A stretch of 58,352 nucleotides of DNA from Candidatus Thorarchaeota archaeon (GCA_048884965.1 JBHLQH010000008.1:5745-64096); one strand, 5' to 3'; positions 28,248 to 38,605 are shown, counted from the stretch's first letter. Translations and numbers: made by a program. Notes: generated by a model not told the origin, from the sequence alone.

Positions 28248-29156
28248 TTGTTCGAGAAGCTTCGCGGAGCCCTCGACGTTGCCATAACCAAAGCAACAAC
28301 CAAGGAATTGACCGAGAAGAACCTCTCAGATGCAGTATGGAATCTCCAACTCGTACTCATCCAGAACGATGTAGCTGTAGAGGTCGCTGAGCACATCTGT
28401 GAGCTGACAAAGAACAAGATTCTAGGACAGCGAACGGGAAGGCTTGAGAGCACAGCAAAGCTGTTCCGGAGTTATCTCGCTGAATCTGTTTCCGAAGTCC
28501 TTACGCCAAAGCAACCGCTTGATTTACTGGATTTCATTTCTAAGAAGAAGGCCGATGGGGAAACGACAACAATAATGCTTGTTGGCGTGAATGGCACTGG
28601 AAAGACAACTACCCTGGCCAAGATTGCACATCTGCTCAAGAAAAATAACTTCAGTATAGTCATTGCAGCAGGTGATACATATCGTGCAGGAAGCATTGAG
28701 CAATTGCAGAAGCATGCTGATGCTCTGGGGTTGCGTGTGATAAAGCAGGGGTATGGCTCAGATGCCGCTGCCGTAGCATATGATGCAGTTGCACATGCAA
28801 AGGCCAAGCATATTGACGTTGTACTCATTGATACTGCAGGAAGAATGCAAAGCAACAAGAATCTCATCAATGAGATGAAGAAGATTGCACGAGTTGCAGA
28901 GCCCGACATCAAGCTGTTCATCGGAGATGCTTTGGCTGGTAATGATGCATTGTCACAGGCAAAGGAGTTCCATGAAGCGATTGAGATAGATGGTGCAATT
29001 CTCACAAAGATTGACGCAGACCCATCTGGTGGCGCTGCGCTTTCCATCACGTTCGTTACTGGCAGACCCATTGTGTACGTTGGTGTTGGACAGACCTACG
29101 ATGACCTGAAAAAGTTCGATCCAGAGTGGTTCACAAGCAGATTGGTTGAGAACTGA
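28248..29156 (+). CDS. ftsY: signal recognition particle receptor FtsY
   Basis: GVNGTGKTTT, DTYRAG, DTAGR, TKID; TTG start after GGAGG gives MFEKLR. Confidence 0.96.
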   Translation: MFEKLRGALDVAITKATTKELTEKNLSDAVWNLQLVLIQNDVAVEVAEHICELTKNKILGQRTGRLESTAKLFRSYLAESVSEVLTPKQPLDLLDFISKKKADGETTTIMLVGVNGTGKTTTLAKIAHLLKKNNFSIVIAAGDTYRAGSIEQLQKHADALGLRVIKQGYGSDAAAVAYDAVAHAKAKHIDVVLIDTAGRMQSNKNLINEMKKIARVAEPDIKLFIGDALAGNDALSQAKEFHEAIEIDGAILTKIDADPSGGAALSITFVTGRPIVYVGVGQTYDDLKKFDPEWFTSRLVEN

Positions 29157-29223
29157 TTATAACGGCACTCTTATTACGAAGTGGCAGCCAGCAGGGCACT
29201 ATACCCATCTAGAGGTGTCTGTT

Positions 29224-30147
29224 GTGAGTCTAAGAGGCAGAAACTTCGTTGATCTATCAGATTTTGAAAGATTTGAATTAAGGAGAATATTGGATACTGC
29301 ACATGATTTGAAGAGGAAGCAGAAGCGAGGGGAACCACATGAGCTTCTCAAAGGCAAATCGCTTGCAATGATATTTATGAAATCATCCACTCGAACTAGA
29401 GTTTCTTTCGAAGTAGGTATGACACAACTAGGTGGTCATGCACTCTACCTAGAAACTGGCGGAACTCAGTTAGGGAGAGGTGAAACAATTGGAGATACCG
29501 CTCAAGTCTTGAGTAGGTATTGTGATGCTATCATGGCACGTGTCTTCGGACATCAAGATATCACTGATCTTGCAAAGTATTCGACAGTACCGGTCATCAA
29601 CGGATTGTCCGATTTGCTCCATCCCTGTCAGATTATGGCAGATATGCAAACGATTGAAGAACACAAGGGAAAGCTTGAGGGTCTAAAGATCACCTATGTC
29701 GGAGATTCGAATAATGTGAGCAACTCGATAATGCAGGGATGCACGATTATGGGAATGGATGTAACCATCGGGTCACCGAAAGGATATACTCCGGTTGAGA
29801 GTATAATGAAGAAGGCATCAGTTCTCAGTAAGCGATACAAGACAACCTTGGAAGTTGTGCATGATCCGAAAGAAGCTGTCAAAAACGCAGATGTCATCTA
29901 TACTGATACATTTTTCAGTATGGGACAAGAACGTGATAAGGCAAAAGAAGATGCTCTCATGCCATTCCAAGTCAATCGAGCGCTTGTGGAAGCTGCGAAG
30001 GATGATGTCATCGTCATGCATTGTCTTCCCGCTCACAGAGATGAGGAGCTGACTTCGGAGGTCATGGATGGTCGGCATAGTGTCGTCTTCGATCAAGCAG
30101 AGAATCGTTTACATGCACAAAAGGGCATTATGGCGTTACTCGTATAG
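29224..30147 (+). CDS. argF: ornithine carbamoyltransferase
   Basis: SSTRTRVSF, HPCQ, SMG, HCLP, AENRLH. Confidence 0.95.
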   Translation: MSLRGRNFVDLSDFERFELRRILDTAHDLKRKQKRGEPHELLKGKSLAMIFMKSSTRTRVSFEVGMTQLGGHALYLETGGTQLGRGETIGDTAQVLSRYCDAIMARVFGHQDITDLAKYSTVPVINGLSDLLHPCQIMADMQTIEEHKGKLEGLKITYVGDSNNVSNSIMQGCTIMGMDVTIGSPKGYTPVESIMKKASVLSKRYKTTLEVVHDPKEAVKNADVIYTDTFFSMGQERDKAKEDALMPFQVNRALVEAAKDDVIVMHCLPAHRDEELTSEVMDGRHSVVFDQAENRLHAQKGIMALLV

Positions 30148-30158
30148 GTGAAGAAGGA

Positions 30159-31106
30159 TTGTCTGTAGAGGTTGTTTCCATAGGTAGAACGAATATAGAC
30201 ATCGTGATGAATGTCAAGGAGCTACCAAAGCCAAATGAACATGTATTCAGCGAGCAGTCCTCATTTTCGTTTGGAGGGTCAGCCGCGAATTTTGCAGCGC
30301 AATCAGCAAAACTAGGAGTTAAAACTGGCCTGATAAGCTGCGTTGGAACCGACCTCTACGGACAACTTGCTTTGAAGAACCTTCAAGATATTGGCGTTGA
30401 CTCAAAGGCAATCCTGATTTTGGATAACCAACCTACGGGGCTATTCTTCCTTGCGCAGACACCGAGTAAGGAAAGTGTCATCTTTGCTGAACCGGGCGCA
30501 AATAGATTTCTGGAGAGGCATGTGATTGATGACGAGTACCTCCATAGAGCAAGGACTATCCATATTGCAGGAGGATATCCCATGCTTATGCCACGAGTCA
30601 TTGAGTTTGCAACCACAAACGGGATGGTTGTATCGATTGACCCGGGTAGAGCGTCAGAGGGTGTCGATTTCAAGAAGATTCTGCGAAGTACTGATCTCCT
30701 GTTTGTAAACGAATCTGAACTGCAAGCATACTTTGGCATATCTTCTTCTGAAAAGGACCTTCGGATGTTCGCGAAGACATTTCCGGGTATTGTGGTTGTA
30801 AAGATGGGAAATCAGGGATCCATTGCAACTGACGGGTTCGAATATATCACCTCGCCTATCTTCGAAGTACCTGTAGTAGACACGCTTGGAGCGGGAGATT
30901 CATTCGCTGCAGCTTTTGTTACAGCGTGGACCAGATCTGAGAACATCACACAGGCATTGAATTTCGCTAATGCTGCCGCCGCTCAGACAATAAAGGTCCA
31001 AGGCGCTCAAAACGGCCAACCGAGCCTTCAGGAGGTGGCCAGTCTGCTCAAGGTACATGATATTGACATTCATAGCATACTTCGAACCTTTCGGGACAAA
31101 AGGTAG
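30159..31106 (+). CDS. PfkB family carbohydrate/nucleoside kinase
   Basis: GGSAANFA, NESE, VDTLGAGDSF. Confidence 0.92.
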   Translation: MSVEVVSIGRTNIDIVMNVKELPKPNEHVFSEQSSFSFGGSAANFAAQSAKLGVKTGLISCVGTDLYGQLALKNLQDIGVDSKAILILDNQPTGLFFLAQTPSKESVIFAEPGANRFLERHVIDDEYLHRARTIHIAGGYPMLMPRVIEFATTNGMVVSIDPGRASEGVDFKKILRSTDLLFVNESELQAYFGISSSEKDLRMFAKTFPGIVVVKMGNQGSIATDGFEYITSPIFEVPVVDTLGAGDSFAAAFVTAWTRSENITQALNFANAAAAQTIKVQGAQNGQPSLQEVASLLKVHDIDIHSILRTFRDKR

Positions 31107-31258
31107 AGCAAGTTTCACACCGACCTAGTATTACCCACGTAGTATTGGAGTTTTTGTTAGTATAATACACACATGAGATGTCAAGATACTAGAAGGTGTG
31201 AAAAATTCATCCGCTATTAGAAGAAGTTCTCAAAAGTTCAGCAGGAACCAAGCGAAAT

Positions 31259-32338
31259 ATGCCCGGAGTCGCATCTAAGGGACCTGGAAAGAACGAGATA
31301 TCTGATGAAGAACTTGCAGACCTGCTCGAATCAGTAAGTGCAAGAATACTTGTCGTCGGAATTGGAGGAGCTGGAAACAATGCGATTACGCGCCTTATGG
31401 AAGTTGGCGTCGAAGGCGCGGAAACTCTAGCGGTTAATACTGATGCACAAGATCTTTACTTCTGCAACGCCCAACACAAGCTTCTCCTTGGAAAGGAAAC
31501 ATGTGGAGGCCTTGGAGCAGGTAACAACCCAGATATAGGTGAGAGCGCAGCATTGGAAACATACGAGACAATCAAAGATGTTGTCAAGGCGGATTTAGTG
31601 TTCATCACTGCGGGTATGGGTGGAGGCACAGGCACAGGAGCTGCTGCGCATGTGGCAAAAGCAGCGAAGGAGAATGGAGCTCTAACCGTGGCTATTGTTT
31701 GTCTTCCCTTTGAGGTCGAGGGATCGACTAGGAAGAAGAATGCTCGACGTGGGTTGAATGCTCTCATGGAGCATGTTGATACTCTCATTGCCATTCCTAA
31801 TGAGAAGCTATTAGAAATCGCTCCGGATCTATCAATGCCTGAAGCATTCATGGTAGCTGATGAGGTTCTTGTTCGAGCCGTCAAGGGCATCGCAGAACTG
31901 ATCTCAAAACCAGGACTTGTTAATCTTGACTTTGCCGATGTACGAACGACAATGCGAAATGGTGGAGTGTCAATCATCGCACTTGGCGAGGGTCAGGGTG
32001 CAGAGCGGGCAGAAGAGGCTGTCTATAATGCACTACGTAATCCTCTCATTGACGTGTCCATTGAGAATGCTCGAAATATCCTTGTCAATGTAAGCGGCAG
32101 TTCTGATCTTCAGCTTATGGAGGCAAAACGTGTCGTCGAGCTTGTCACAGAGCAGGCAAACCCAGATGCGGAAGTCATCTACGGTGCACTAATCGTTCCC
32201 GAACTGGAAGACCGCCTTCGCGTCACGATAATTGCATCTGGAGTGAGCTCTCCATACGTATTTGACGCGACGACCGAACCAGTATCGCCCCTAGTAGATG
32301 ATCTGAAGAGTGATCTTGGCATTACCAAACTAAGTTAG
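31259..32338 (+). CDS. ftsZ: cell division protein FtsZ
   Basis: GIGGAGNN, NTDAQDL, GMGGGTGTG, NLDFADV. Confidence 0.97.
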   Translation: MPGVASKGPGKNEISDEELADLLESVSARILVVGIGGAGNNAITRLMEVGVEGAETLAVNTDAQDLYFCNAQHKLLLGKETCGGLGAGNNPDIGESAALETYETIKDVVKADLVFITAGMGGGTGTGAAAHVAKAAKENGALTVAIVCLPFEVEGSTRKKNARRGLNALMEHVDTLIAIPNEKLLEIAPDLSMPEAFMVADEVLVRAVKGIAELISKPGLVNLDFADVRTTMRNGGVSIIALGEGQGAERAEEAVYNALRNPLIDVSIENARNILVNVSGSSDLQLMEAKRVVELVTEQANPDAEVIYGALIVPELEDRLRVTIIASGVSSPYVFDATTEPVSPLVDDLKSDLGITKLS

Positions 32339-32445
32339 TACATTCTTGGTTACTCAGCAAGGGTTAAAAGCAGACCATTGCTGAGTCCTTTTCATTCGAT
32401 AAACTGTGAATCTAACACAGTTTGAAATAGGAATGTGAACCATCA

Positions 32446-32628
32446 ATGGGTATCGGCGGTTTCATCAAAGAGAGCAGACGTATACTGAAGCTAGCAACAA
32501 AACCAGCAAGAGGCGAGCTTTGGATGAGCACCAAGGTAAGCTTGATTGCTATGTTTGCAGTCGGTATGCTGAGCTTCATCATCCAAATCATCATGACCCT
32601 CATTACCTCAGGATGGGGTATATCCTAG
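32446..32628 (+). CDS. secE: protein translocase SecE/Sec61-gamma
   Basis: RILKLATKP...E followed by TM helix; between ftsZ and spt5. Confidence 0.9.
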   Translation: MGIGGFIKESRRILKLATKPARGELWMSTKVSLIAMFAVGMLSFIIQIIMTLITSGWGIS

Positions 32629-32659
32629 GGGATTGAGAGTAACATTCGGAGGCCTTAGT

Positions 32660-33352
32660 TTGCAGGCAAGAACCAGTATCTATGCAGTTAGAACAACTAT
32701 TGGACAGGAAAGGGGCGTAACAGACCTGATCACAACCGCAGTCATAGGTGAGACTGATGTCTATGCATGTCCATGGTGTGCAGAAGAATTCCCAACGCAG
32801 AAGGATACTAAGACCCATATGAAGTCCTGCAAGAAGGCTAAGAAGACCGGTGAGCCAAAATTCGTTTCAAGGAACCAGCTGCTCGGACGCGTAAAGGCAA
32901 TTCTGGTACCTGAAACACTGCGAGGGTACGTGTTCTTAGAGACCCTGGAGTTCAGGGACGTGGAGATTGCGATCTCTGGCGTACCACATGTTCGAGGTAG
33001 AGTTGGTGGAAAGGTGTCTTTCGATGAGATAGACAAGTTCCTTGTGCCACCACCAGCTGCAGAAGGACTTGGTACTGGTGATGTTGTCGAGCTAACCTCG
33101 GGTCCATTCAAAGGGGAAAGAGCCAGAATCACTCGTGTTGACTCGGCAAAGGAAGAACTCATCGTTGAACTCCTCGATAGTCCACACACTATTCCACTTA
33201 GGACTCATGCCGACTTCGTTAAGATAGTCGAGAAGGCAAAGAAAGAGGTCGTCATGGAAGAGCCTGAGGAAGAAGAAGACGATGTCCTACGCAAAAGGGA
33301 CTTTGATGAGGATGAAGAGGAAGACGAGGATTCATTCTGGTCACATGACTAG
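32660..33352 (+). CDS. spt5: transcription elongation factor Spt5 (NusG) with inserted zinc finger and acidic tail
   Basis: YAVRTTIGQE, LRGYVFLE, KOW GDVVELTSGPFKGERA; TTG 32660 after GGAGG. Confidence 0.94.
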   Translation: MQARTSIYAVRTTIGQERGVTDLITTAVIGETDVYACPWCAEEFPTQKDTKTHMKSCKKAKKTGEPKFVSRNQLLGRVKAILVPETLRGYVFLETLEFRDVEIAISGVPHVRGRVGGKVSFDEIDKFLVPPPAAEGLGTGDVVELTSGPFKGERARITRVDSAKEELIVELLDSPHTIPLRTHADFVKIVEKAKKEVVMEEPEEEEDDVLRKRDFDEDEEEDEDSFWSHD

Positions 33353-33355
33353 ATA

Positions 33356-34264
33356 TCATGGCTTCTGACCTATGGTAATCGTACGATTAGTGATCTCTTG
33401 TTCATGGATGTGGGATATCTCTTCTGCATCTGCATTTTCAATCTGATCGAAGTATGCAAGGATGGTATCATAGGCATCATCTATCCGGTCCTTATTCAGC
33501 CCAGCAGAAACCATTACCTCAACTTTCTCATCCCGTTCATCTAGAAAGAGCTTCTTCCGCTTGGAAATCCACTTCTTCCTGTGGTCAAAATCAAACCTTG
33601 CATCAGACAATGTGAAGACAGAACACCATCCATAACAGGTGATGTTCGTCAGACCTATCTTCTCAAAGAATTGTGGATATGAATAAGTGAAGGGATTTCT
33701 TCCTTCTGATAATTCTAGGGCTTTGGAGCGCTCAATCGATACGATTCGAGAATACTCCTTCAACACATCGAATGCTTTCCTAAGATTTTCATGGGGCAGG
33801 ATATGTCTATACCCAGAAGTTGGCTCAATGCAAACAACGAATCCACCGGGTTTCACGGCATTTGTCATTTGTATCAATCCGACCATAGGATCTGGAAGGT
33901 TATGAATGACGATGTGCGAGATTGCCATGTCAAAGGTCTCAGGAGTGATATCGCAGGTTTCCAAAGGAGATGTCAAAATCTCTAAATCTGGAAACTTTGA
34001 ATGGAGTGCGGACCTTAGGAATGGATCAGGTTCAAGACAGGTAATTGATCTTTGAGGATAAAGAAAACGAAGCTTTCCAGTAAAATAGCCACTCCCTGAA
34101 CCTACTTCCAAAATCCTTCCTTCACGAGGGATAGTAGGTAACCATTTCATGAACATTTCTGCGGCATAGGAATCATACTCAAAATGACGACCTACATCCA
34201 TTTCGCTGGCAGACTGCAATTTACTCCAGTTAAAGGGCAATTCGGACACGAGCTTTCGCCTCAA
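33356..34264 (-). CDS. class I SAM-dependent methyltransferase
   Basis: ILEVGSGSG, FDMAISHIVIHNL, VKPGG. Confidence 0.9.
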   Translation of the reverse strand: MRRKLVSELPFNWSKLQSASEMDVGRHFEYDSYAAEMFMKWLPTIPREGRILEVGSGSGYFTGKLRFLYPQRSITCLEPDPFLRSALHSKFPDLEILTSPLETCDITPETFDMAISHIVIHNLPDPMVGLIQMTNAVKPGGFVVCIEPTSGYRHILPHENLRKAFDVLKEYSRIVSIERSKALELSEGRNPFTYSYPQFFEKIGLTNITCYGWCSVFTLSDARFDFDHRKKWISKRKKLFLDERDEKVEVMVSAGLNKDRIDDAYDTILAYFDQIENADAEEISHIHEQEITNRTITIGQKP

Positions 34265-34363
34265 TTCTAAGAGGGTGTTTCAAACTTAAGCTTACTTGAT
34301 AAACGTGACCAGTCCGTAAGTCTTTTAAAACAATCAATCGCGATTGCATTTACTCCTTAATAT

Positions 34364-34447
34364 GACATGGAGCTAGACTGCCATGTCTGGGGAAAGAAAA
34401 GTGACAGTGTATGCAGGAGACCGATAGGTCCGCAGTCTAGTTTTGTC
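34364..34447 (+). promoter_or_regulatory. structured 5' leader upstream of rpl11 (candidate cis-regulatory RNA)
   Basis: CTAGACTGC(34373-81)/GCAGTCTAG(34432-40) stem; alternative GACATGG/CCATGTC stem; TTTTAAAA box at about 34323. Confidence 0.4.
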
Positions 34448-34515
34448 CTCAAGGTCGCCATAATCGTATTGTCAGTGTACATTGCGATTGTACTGCATCG
34501 GGAGTCGTGAAGAAA

Positions 34516-35016
34516 ATGAGTGAAAAAATAACAGTTAGCGCTCTTGTCGAAGGTGGTAAGGCCTCAGGAGGTCCACCAATCGGCCCAGCACTTGGTCCAA
34601 CGGGAGTTAATATCTTCCAAGTCGTCACCAAGATCAACGAGGAGACCCAGCCCTATGCAGGACTAAAAGTCCCCGTTGAGATCATTGTTGACCAAGAAAC
34701 CAAACAATTCGAAATCGTTGTCGGTATCCCACCAACAAGCGCTCTTATCCTGAAAGAGGTTGGATCGTCCAAAGGCTCAGGTGAGCCAAATACCAAAATT
34801 GTGGGAAATCTCTCAATTGATCAATTGAAAGCTGTTGCCAAGGCTAAATCAGGAGACCTGTCAGCTTTGACTATGAAGACTGCTGTAATGATAATTTCCG
34901 GTACATGTGTTTCAATGGGAGTCACCATTGAAGGAAAAGCAGCCAAGGATTTCCAAAAGGAGATTCGCGAGGGTGCTTGGGATACACAGCTGGATGAGCC
35001 ACTAAGGGAGGCATAA
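34516..35016 (+). CDS. rpl11: 50S ribosomal protein L11
   Basis: GGKASGGPPIGPALGP.GVN, PPTSALI, GTCVSMGV. Confidence 0.97.
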   Translation: MSEKITVSALVEGGKASGGPPIGPALGPTGVNIFQVVTKINEETQPYAGLKVPVEIIVDQETKQFEIVVGIPPTSALILKEVGSSKGSGEPNTKIVGNLSIDQLKAVAKAKSGDLSALTMKTAVMIISGTCVSMGVTIEGKAAKDFQKEIREGAWDTQLDEPLREA

Positions 35017-35020
35017 ATCG

Positions 35021-35677
35021 ATGTCATATGATGTAGATGCAATTGAAGCCACAGTGGCAGAAGCCAGAGCGAAGGGTACTGAGAGAGGGATCAAATTCGA
35101 GCAGAGCTTTGATCTTGCAATCAACTTTCGAAAGAAGGAATTGGATGTTTCAAAGCCCGAGAACAGACTCAATCAAGAGCTCATCCTGCCCAATGTACTA
35201 TTCCCACCAGCAACGGTATGTGCCTTTGGTGATGGAGATTTTGCAGAGAATGCAAAAGCGGCAGGTGTTCAACATGTGGTATCAAAGGACGAGATTGCAA
35301 AGCTTGCCGATGAGAAGAAACAAGGAAAGAATCTTGCAAAGAGCTATGATTTCTTCATCGCAGCAACAGATGCGATGCCATTGGTAGGTAGATATCTCGG
35401 TCAGGCCCTCGGTCCCCGAGGAAAGATGCCAAGACCCTTTCCACCACAGGCGGATCTCGGACCCATAGTTGGTCAATACCAGCGTACTGTGAGAATCAGA
35501 ATGCGAAATACCCCGACATTCCATGTAAAAGTGGGTCATGTCACGATGGGGGACAAGGAAATTGCGGGCAACATTGTCGCGGTGCTTGACTTTGTGAGGA
35601 GCAAGGAGTTCTTCGACAGAATAGGCAGCGTGGTGCTAAAGACCACGATGGGACCGTCAGTACAGTTGTCCTACTAG
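35021..35677 (+). CDS. rpl1: 50S ribosomal protein L1
   Basis: F.QSFDL.IN, LGPRGKMP, KTTMGP. Confidence 0.96.
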   Translation: MSYDVDAIEATVAEARAKGTERGIKFEQSFDLAINFRKKELDVSKPENRLNQELILPNVLFPPATVCAFGDGDFAENAKAAGVQHVVSKDEIAKLADEKKQGKNLAKSYDFFIAATDAMPLVGRYLGQALGPRGKMPRPFPPQADLGPIVGQYQRTVRIRMRNTPTFHVKVGHVTMGDKEIAGNIVAVLDFVRSKEFFDRIGSVVLKTTMGPSVQLSY

Positions 35678-35689
35678 AGGTGAAGATGG

Positions 35690-36709
35690 ATGAGTACATA
35701 TGAACGCCATATCCCACAATGGAAGATTGACCGAGTAGAGGAACTCTCAAAGACTATCAAGAATAGTGTGATGGTCGGTCTTGTCAATGTTGAGGGAGTT
35801 GGGGCAAAGCAGCTCGATGGTATCAGAACCAGTCTGAGAGGCTCTGCCAACATAAAGATGGCTCGAAACACACTGATGATTAGAGCGATAGATGATTCCA
35901 AACTCAAAGGGATTGACGACCTCAAGAAATATGTCAGAGGTCCTATAGCCTTTATCTTCAGTGACCAAGATCCATTTGTCCTGAGTAAGTTCCTTAGCGA
36001 AAACAAGACCTCAGCTCCTGCGAAAGGTGGACAGGTAGCTCCGAAGGATATCATCGTACCAGCCATGAACACTGGTGTTGCACCAGGTCCGTTCATCAGC
36101 GAGCTTGCAGCCCTCAAGATACCCTCTAGAGTAAAGGGTGGTGTCATTCATGTTGTAGAGGAAACTGTAGCTGTGAAGGCTGGTGACACGATCTCGAACG
36201 CCATGGCTCAAATGCTTGCAAGACTTGGAATTGAGCCAATGGAGCTACAGCTAAAACTTGTCGCAGCCTATACTGAAGGTACAGTAATGACCGCAGATAG
36301 CTTCGCTGTAGATCTTGACAGTCTATTCCAGAACTTCATCGCAGGTCACCAATTCGCAGTCAATCTTTCAGTGAATACTGGATATCCAACAGCAGAAACA
36401 ATCCCATTGATCATTGCAAAGGCCAATATGGAAGCAAAGAGCTTGGCTCTCAATGTTGGGTTCTTCTCACCAGACCTACTCAACGAGTTCCTGGCAAAAG
36501 CAAACTCGGAAGCATTCGCATTAGCAGCAGTTGTTTCAGAGAAAGATCCAGATGCAATACCCTCTGACGTCCTAAGTCAGGTCAAGGCCGCGGCGGCAGC
36601 AGCTTCAACAGCTGCAACAACAACCGCAGCAGCCGATGACAAGCCGGAGGAGGAAGAGGAGGAAGAAGAAGAAGAAGCCGTTGCAGGTCTAGGAGGCCTG
36701 TTTGGTTAG
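35690..36709 (+). CDS. rpl10: 50S ribosomal protein L10 (P0)
   Basis: IPQWK, KMARNTL, AK.G.VAP.DI.VPA.NTG..PGP, acidic tail GLGGLFG. Confidence 0.96.
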   Translation: MSTYERHIPQWKIDRVEELSKTIKNSVMVGLVNVEGVGAKQLDGIRTSLRGSANIKMARNTLMIRAIDDSKLKGIDDLKKYVRGPIAFIFSDQDPFVLSKFLSENKTSAPAKGGQVAPKDIIVPAMNTGVAPGPFISELAALKIPSRVKGGVIHVVEETVAVKAGDTISNAMAQMLARLGIEPMELQLKLVAAYTEGTVMTADSFAVDLDSLFQNFIAGHQFAVNLSVNTGYPTAETIPLIIAKANMEAKSLALNVGFFSPDLLNEFLAKANSEAFALAAVVSEKDPDAIPSDVLSQVKAAAAAASTAATTTAAADDKPEEEEEEEEEEAVAGLGGLFG

Positions 36710-36728
36710 ATATAAAGAGGTAACAAAA

Positions 36729-37034
36729 ATGGAGTACGTATACGCAGCACTTCTGCTCCACAAAGCAGGCAAAGAGCTAAAGGCGAAGGCCATCGAGGAT
36801 GTTCTCACCGCAGCAGGTGTGACTCCTGACAAGGGTAGAGTCAAGGCTTTACTTGCAGCACTCGAAGGCGTTGATATTGATGAGGCTCTGAAAAGCGCCG
36901 CAGCAATGCCTGTAGCCGTAGCACCCGTAGCTGGTGGCGCAGCCGCAGCAGCACCTGCAGCAGAAGCGAAGAAAGTAGAAGAAGAAGAGAAAGAAGAAGA
37001 AGAAGTCGCAGGACTTGGAAGCCTATTCGGTTAG
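36729..37034 (+). CDS. rpl12: 50S ribosomal stalk protein P1 (L12)
   Basis: [11 protein letters not shown], Ala-rich hinge, acidic tail GLGSLFG. Confidence 0.96.
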   Translation: MEYVYAALLLHKAGKELKAKAIEDVLTAAGVTPDKGRVKALLAALEGVDIDEALKSAAAMPVAVAPVAGGAAAAAPAAEAKKVEEEEKEEEEVAGLGSLFG

Positions 37035-37075
37035 TTCCACCTCGACCTCAACTTGACATTTCTCATAGAAACCTT

Positions 37076-37104
37076 GGACAGATGGGTCGCGAGCCTGTCT
37101 GTCC
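37076..37104 (+). terminator. 12-bp hairpin after the L11-P1 operon
   Basis: GGACAGATGGGT-CGCGA-GCCTGTCTGTCC (G-U pairs favour the + strand). Confidence 0.5.
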
Positions 37105-37111
37105 ACTGATA

Positions 37112-37624
37112 CTATTTTTTGAAGTTGTAATCCACAATGATTTCTAGTTCAGTTTCAAAACTCAGCATAATTGCAAGAAGTGGAGTGAAAGGCAGAGGCA
37201 GGACCATAAACTCATGCGAATTGAGAGCAAAAGGGAGAATCATGACTATTTGAAAGAGCATCGAAACCAATGCGAGAAGTATTGGCAGTGCCAATGAGCG
37301 TTTCTTTGGTCTGGTCGCTGCATATTGAAATTGATGGACTATCAGTAGATTCAGGAGAAAAGGGATACACATGCAGGACAGAACCAATGCTGGAGAGAAT
37401 GGCATATAATCTGTACCTATGAAGATGAGAGGCTTTCCCCCACTAGAGGCGTATGAGGGAGTTGGCAGGATGGAAACAGGACCAAACCAGAAAATGAGGG
37501 CTGCAAACGAACCAAGGTTCCAATAGTCAGCTAGGATAACGTATGTTTGGGGTAGTAAAAAAGTGCAAAGGAGAAGTACATGTTTCTTCTCCAGTTCGAA
37601 CCGCCCAGCTAGTGAATCAAACAT
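37112..37624 (-). CDS. hypothetical membrane protein
   Basis: 170 aa with 4-5 hydrophobic segments. Confidence 0.6.
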   Translation of the reverse strand: MFDSLAGRFELEKKHVLLLCTFLLPQTYVILADYWNLGSFAALIFWFGPVSILPTPSYASSGGKPLIFIGTDYMPFSPALVLSCMCIPFLLNLLIVHQFQYAATRPKKRSLALPILLALVSMLFQIVMILPFALNSHEFMVLPLPFTPLLAIMLSFETELEIIVDYNFKK

Positions 37625-37687
37625 GCATTACATAAGGAGTACAGGAACATATTCATAGATTGATAGTAATGTGATTGTACTAAAACC

Positions 37688-38605
37688 CTATTCAAATCCC
37701 TCAATGAGATCGAATTCTTGTAGAGTCCTAAGACATTCCACTGTTTTCTTACCAGCCCATTCCTTTTCTGCCATAGGCCACATGTCCTCATATTGACCCC
37801 AATGCCATGTTGGCCACCATCCACCATCATCAGCCTGTTTTTCTATCTCTTGTTCTAAGTAGCTCCTCACAATATCTGGCGCAACCTGTATGAGGAGCGA
37901 GTCATGATGCGGCGCAAGCCAGTAGATTTTGATTTCCCCAAGACGCTCCTGTGGCAATGGAAGCATACTCTGGAAGCTAGTAAGAATAGTTTCCTTGGCG
38001 ATCGACCGCAGTGGCTCAGGGAAGAATTCATAGGCGCGCTCCCAACACATGATATTGTACAACCAGCTTCCGATAATCTTGTGCTCCTCAAGATATTCTC
38101 TGATATTATGATTGATGCTCTCAAGAAGCTCAGGGGACACATATATTGAATACTTATTCAGGTATCCAGCTATTTCAGCTGAAGGATTTGCCCATTCCAC
38201 TCCTTCTGGGCGAGCCATACCTCGAAAGTGCCACCAAGGAGCATGAGGTTCATCATTGACCTCCTCAAAGGTAGCTGGCCAGAATCCGAGCTCAGAGCTG
38301 TAGGTTGAGATCAAGTATGCGACTGCGGATTTGATCATTGGATGTTCAGATGGGCCATCTATATCTTGATAGTATTGTATACCCACGGATGTCGCCATTG
38401 GAGAGGAAGCCTTTAGTCGGAAGTCGGGTTCAATTCCATGTCCGAAACCACCATCCTTGTTCTGGTATTTGGAGAGTTCTTCCAATACAGCCTCTTGACC
38501 ACCGTTCTCGAAATGAAATCTGAATAGGCTAACATCCAAGGGTCTTGCATGTTTCCTGATGAATTCACAGGCATCCTTGTACCTCGCTCTTGATAGCTTC
38601 ATCAT
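37688..38605 (-). CDS. prenyltransferase/squalene-oxidase-repeat-like protein
   Basis: ARPLD, YQNKDGGFGHGIEPD, HAPWW, QADDGGW. Confidence 0.7.
   Translation of the reverse strand: MMKLSRARYKDACEFIRKHARPLDVSLFRFHFENGGQEAVLEELSKYQNKDGGFGHGIEPDFRLKASSPMATSVGIQYYQDIDGPSEHPMIKSAVAYLISTYSSELGFWPATFEEVNDEPHAPWWHFRGMARPEGVEWANPSAEIAGYLNKYSIYVSPELLESINHNIREYLEEHKIIGSWLYNIMCWERAYEFFPEPLRSIAKETILTSFQSMLPLPQERLGEIKIYWLAPHHDSLLIQVAPDIVRSYLEQEIEKQADDGGWWPTWHWGQYEDMWPMAEKEWAGKKTVECLRTLQEFDLIEGFE

Noticed and set aside
28472-31977. Antisense ORFs 28472-29071, 30383-30739, 31456-31977
   Set aside because: Fully overlap ftsY, pfkB and ftsZ with no motifs of their own.
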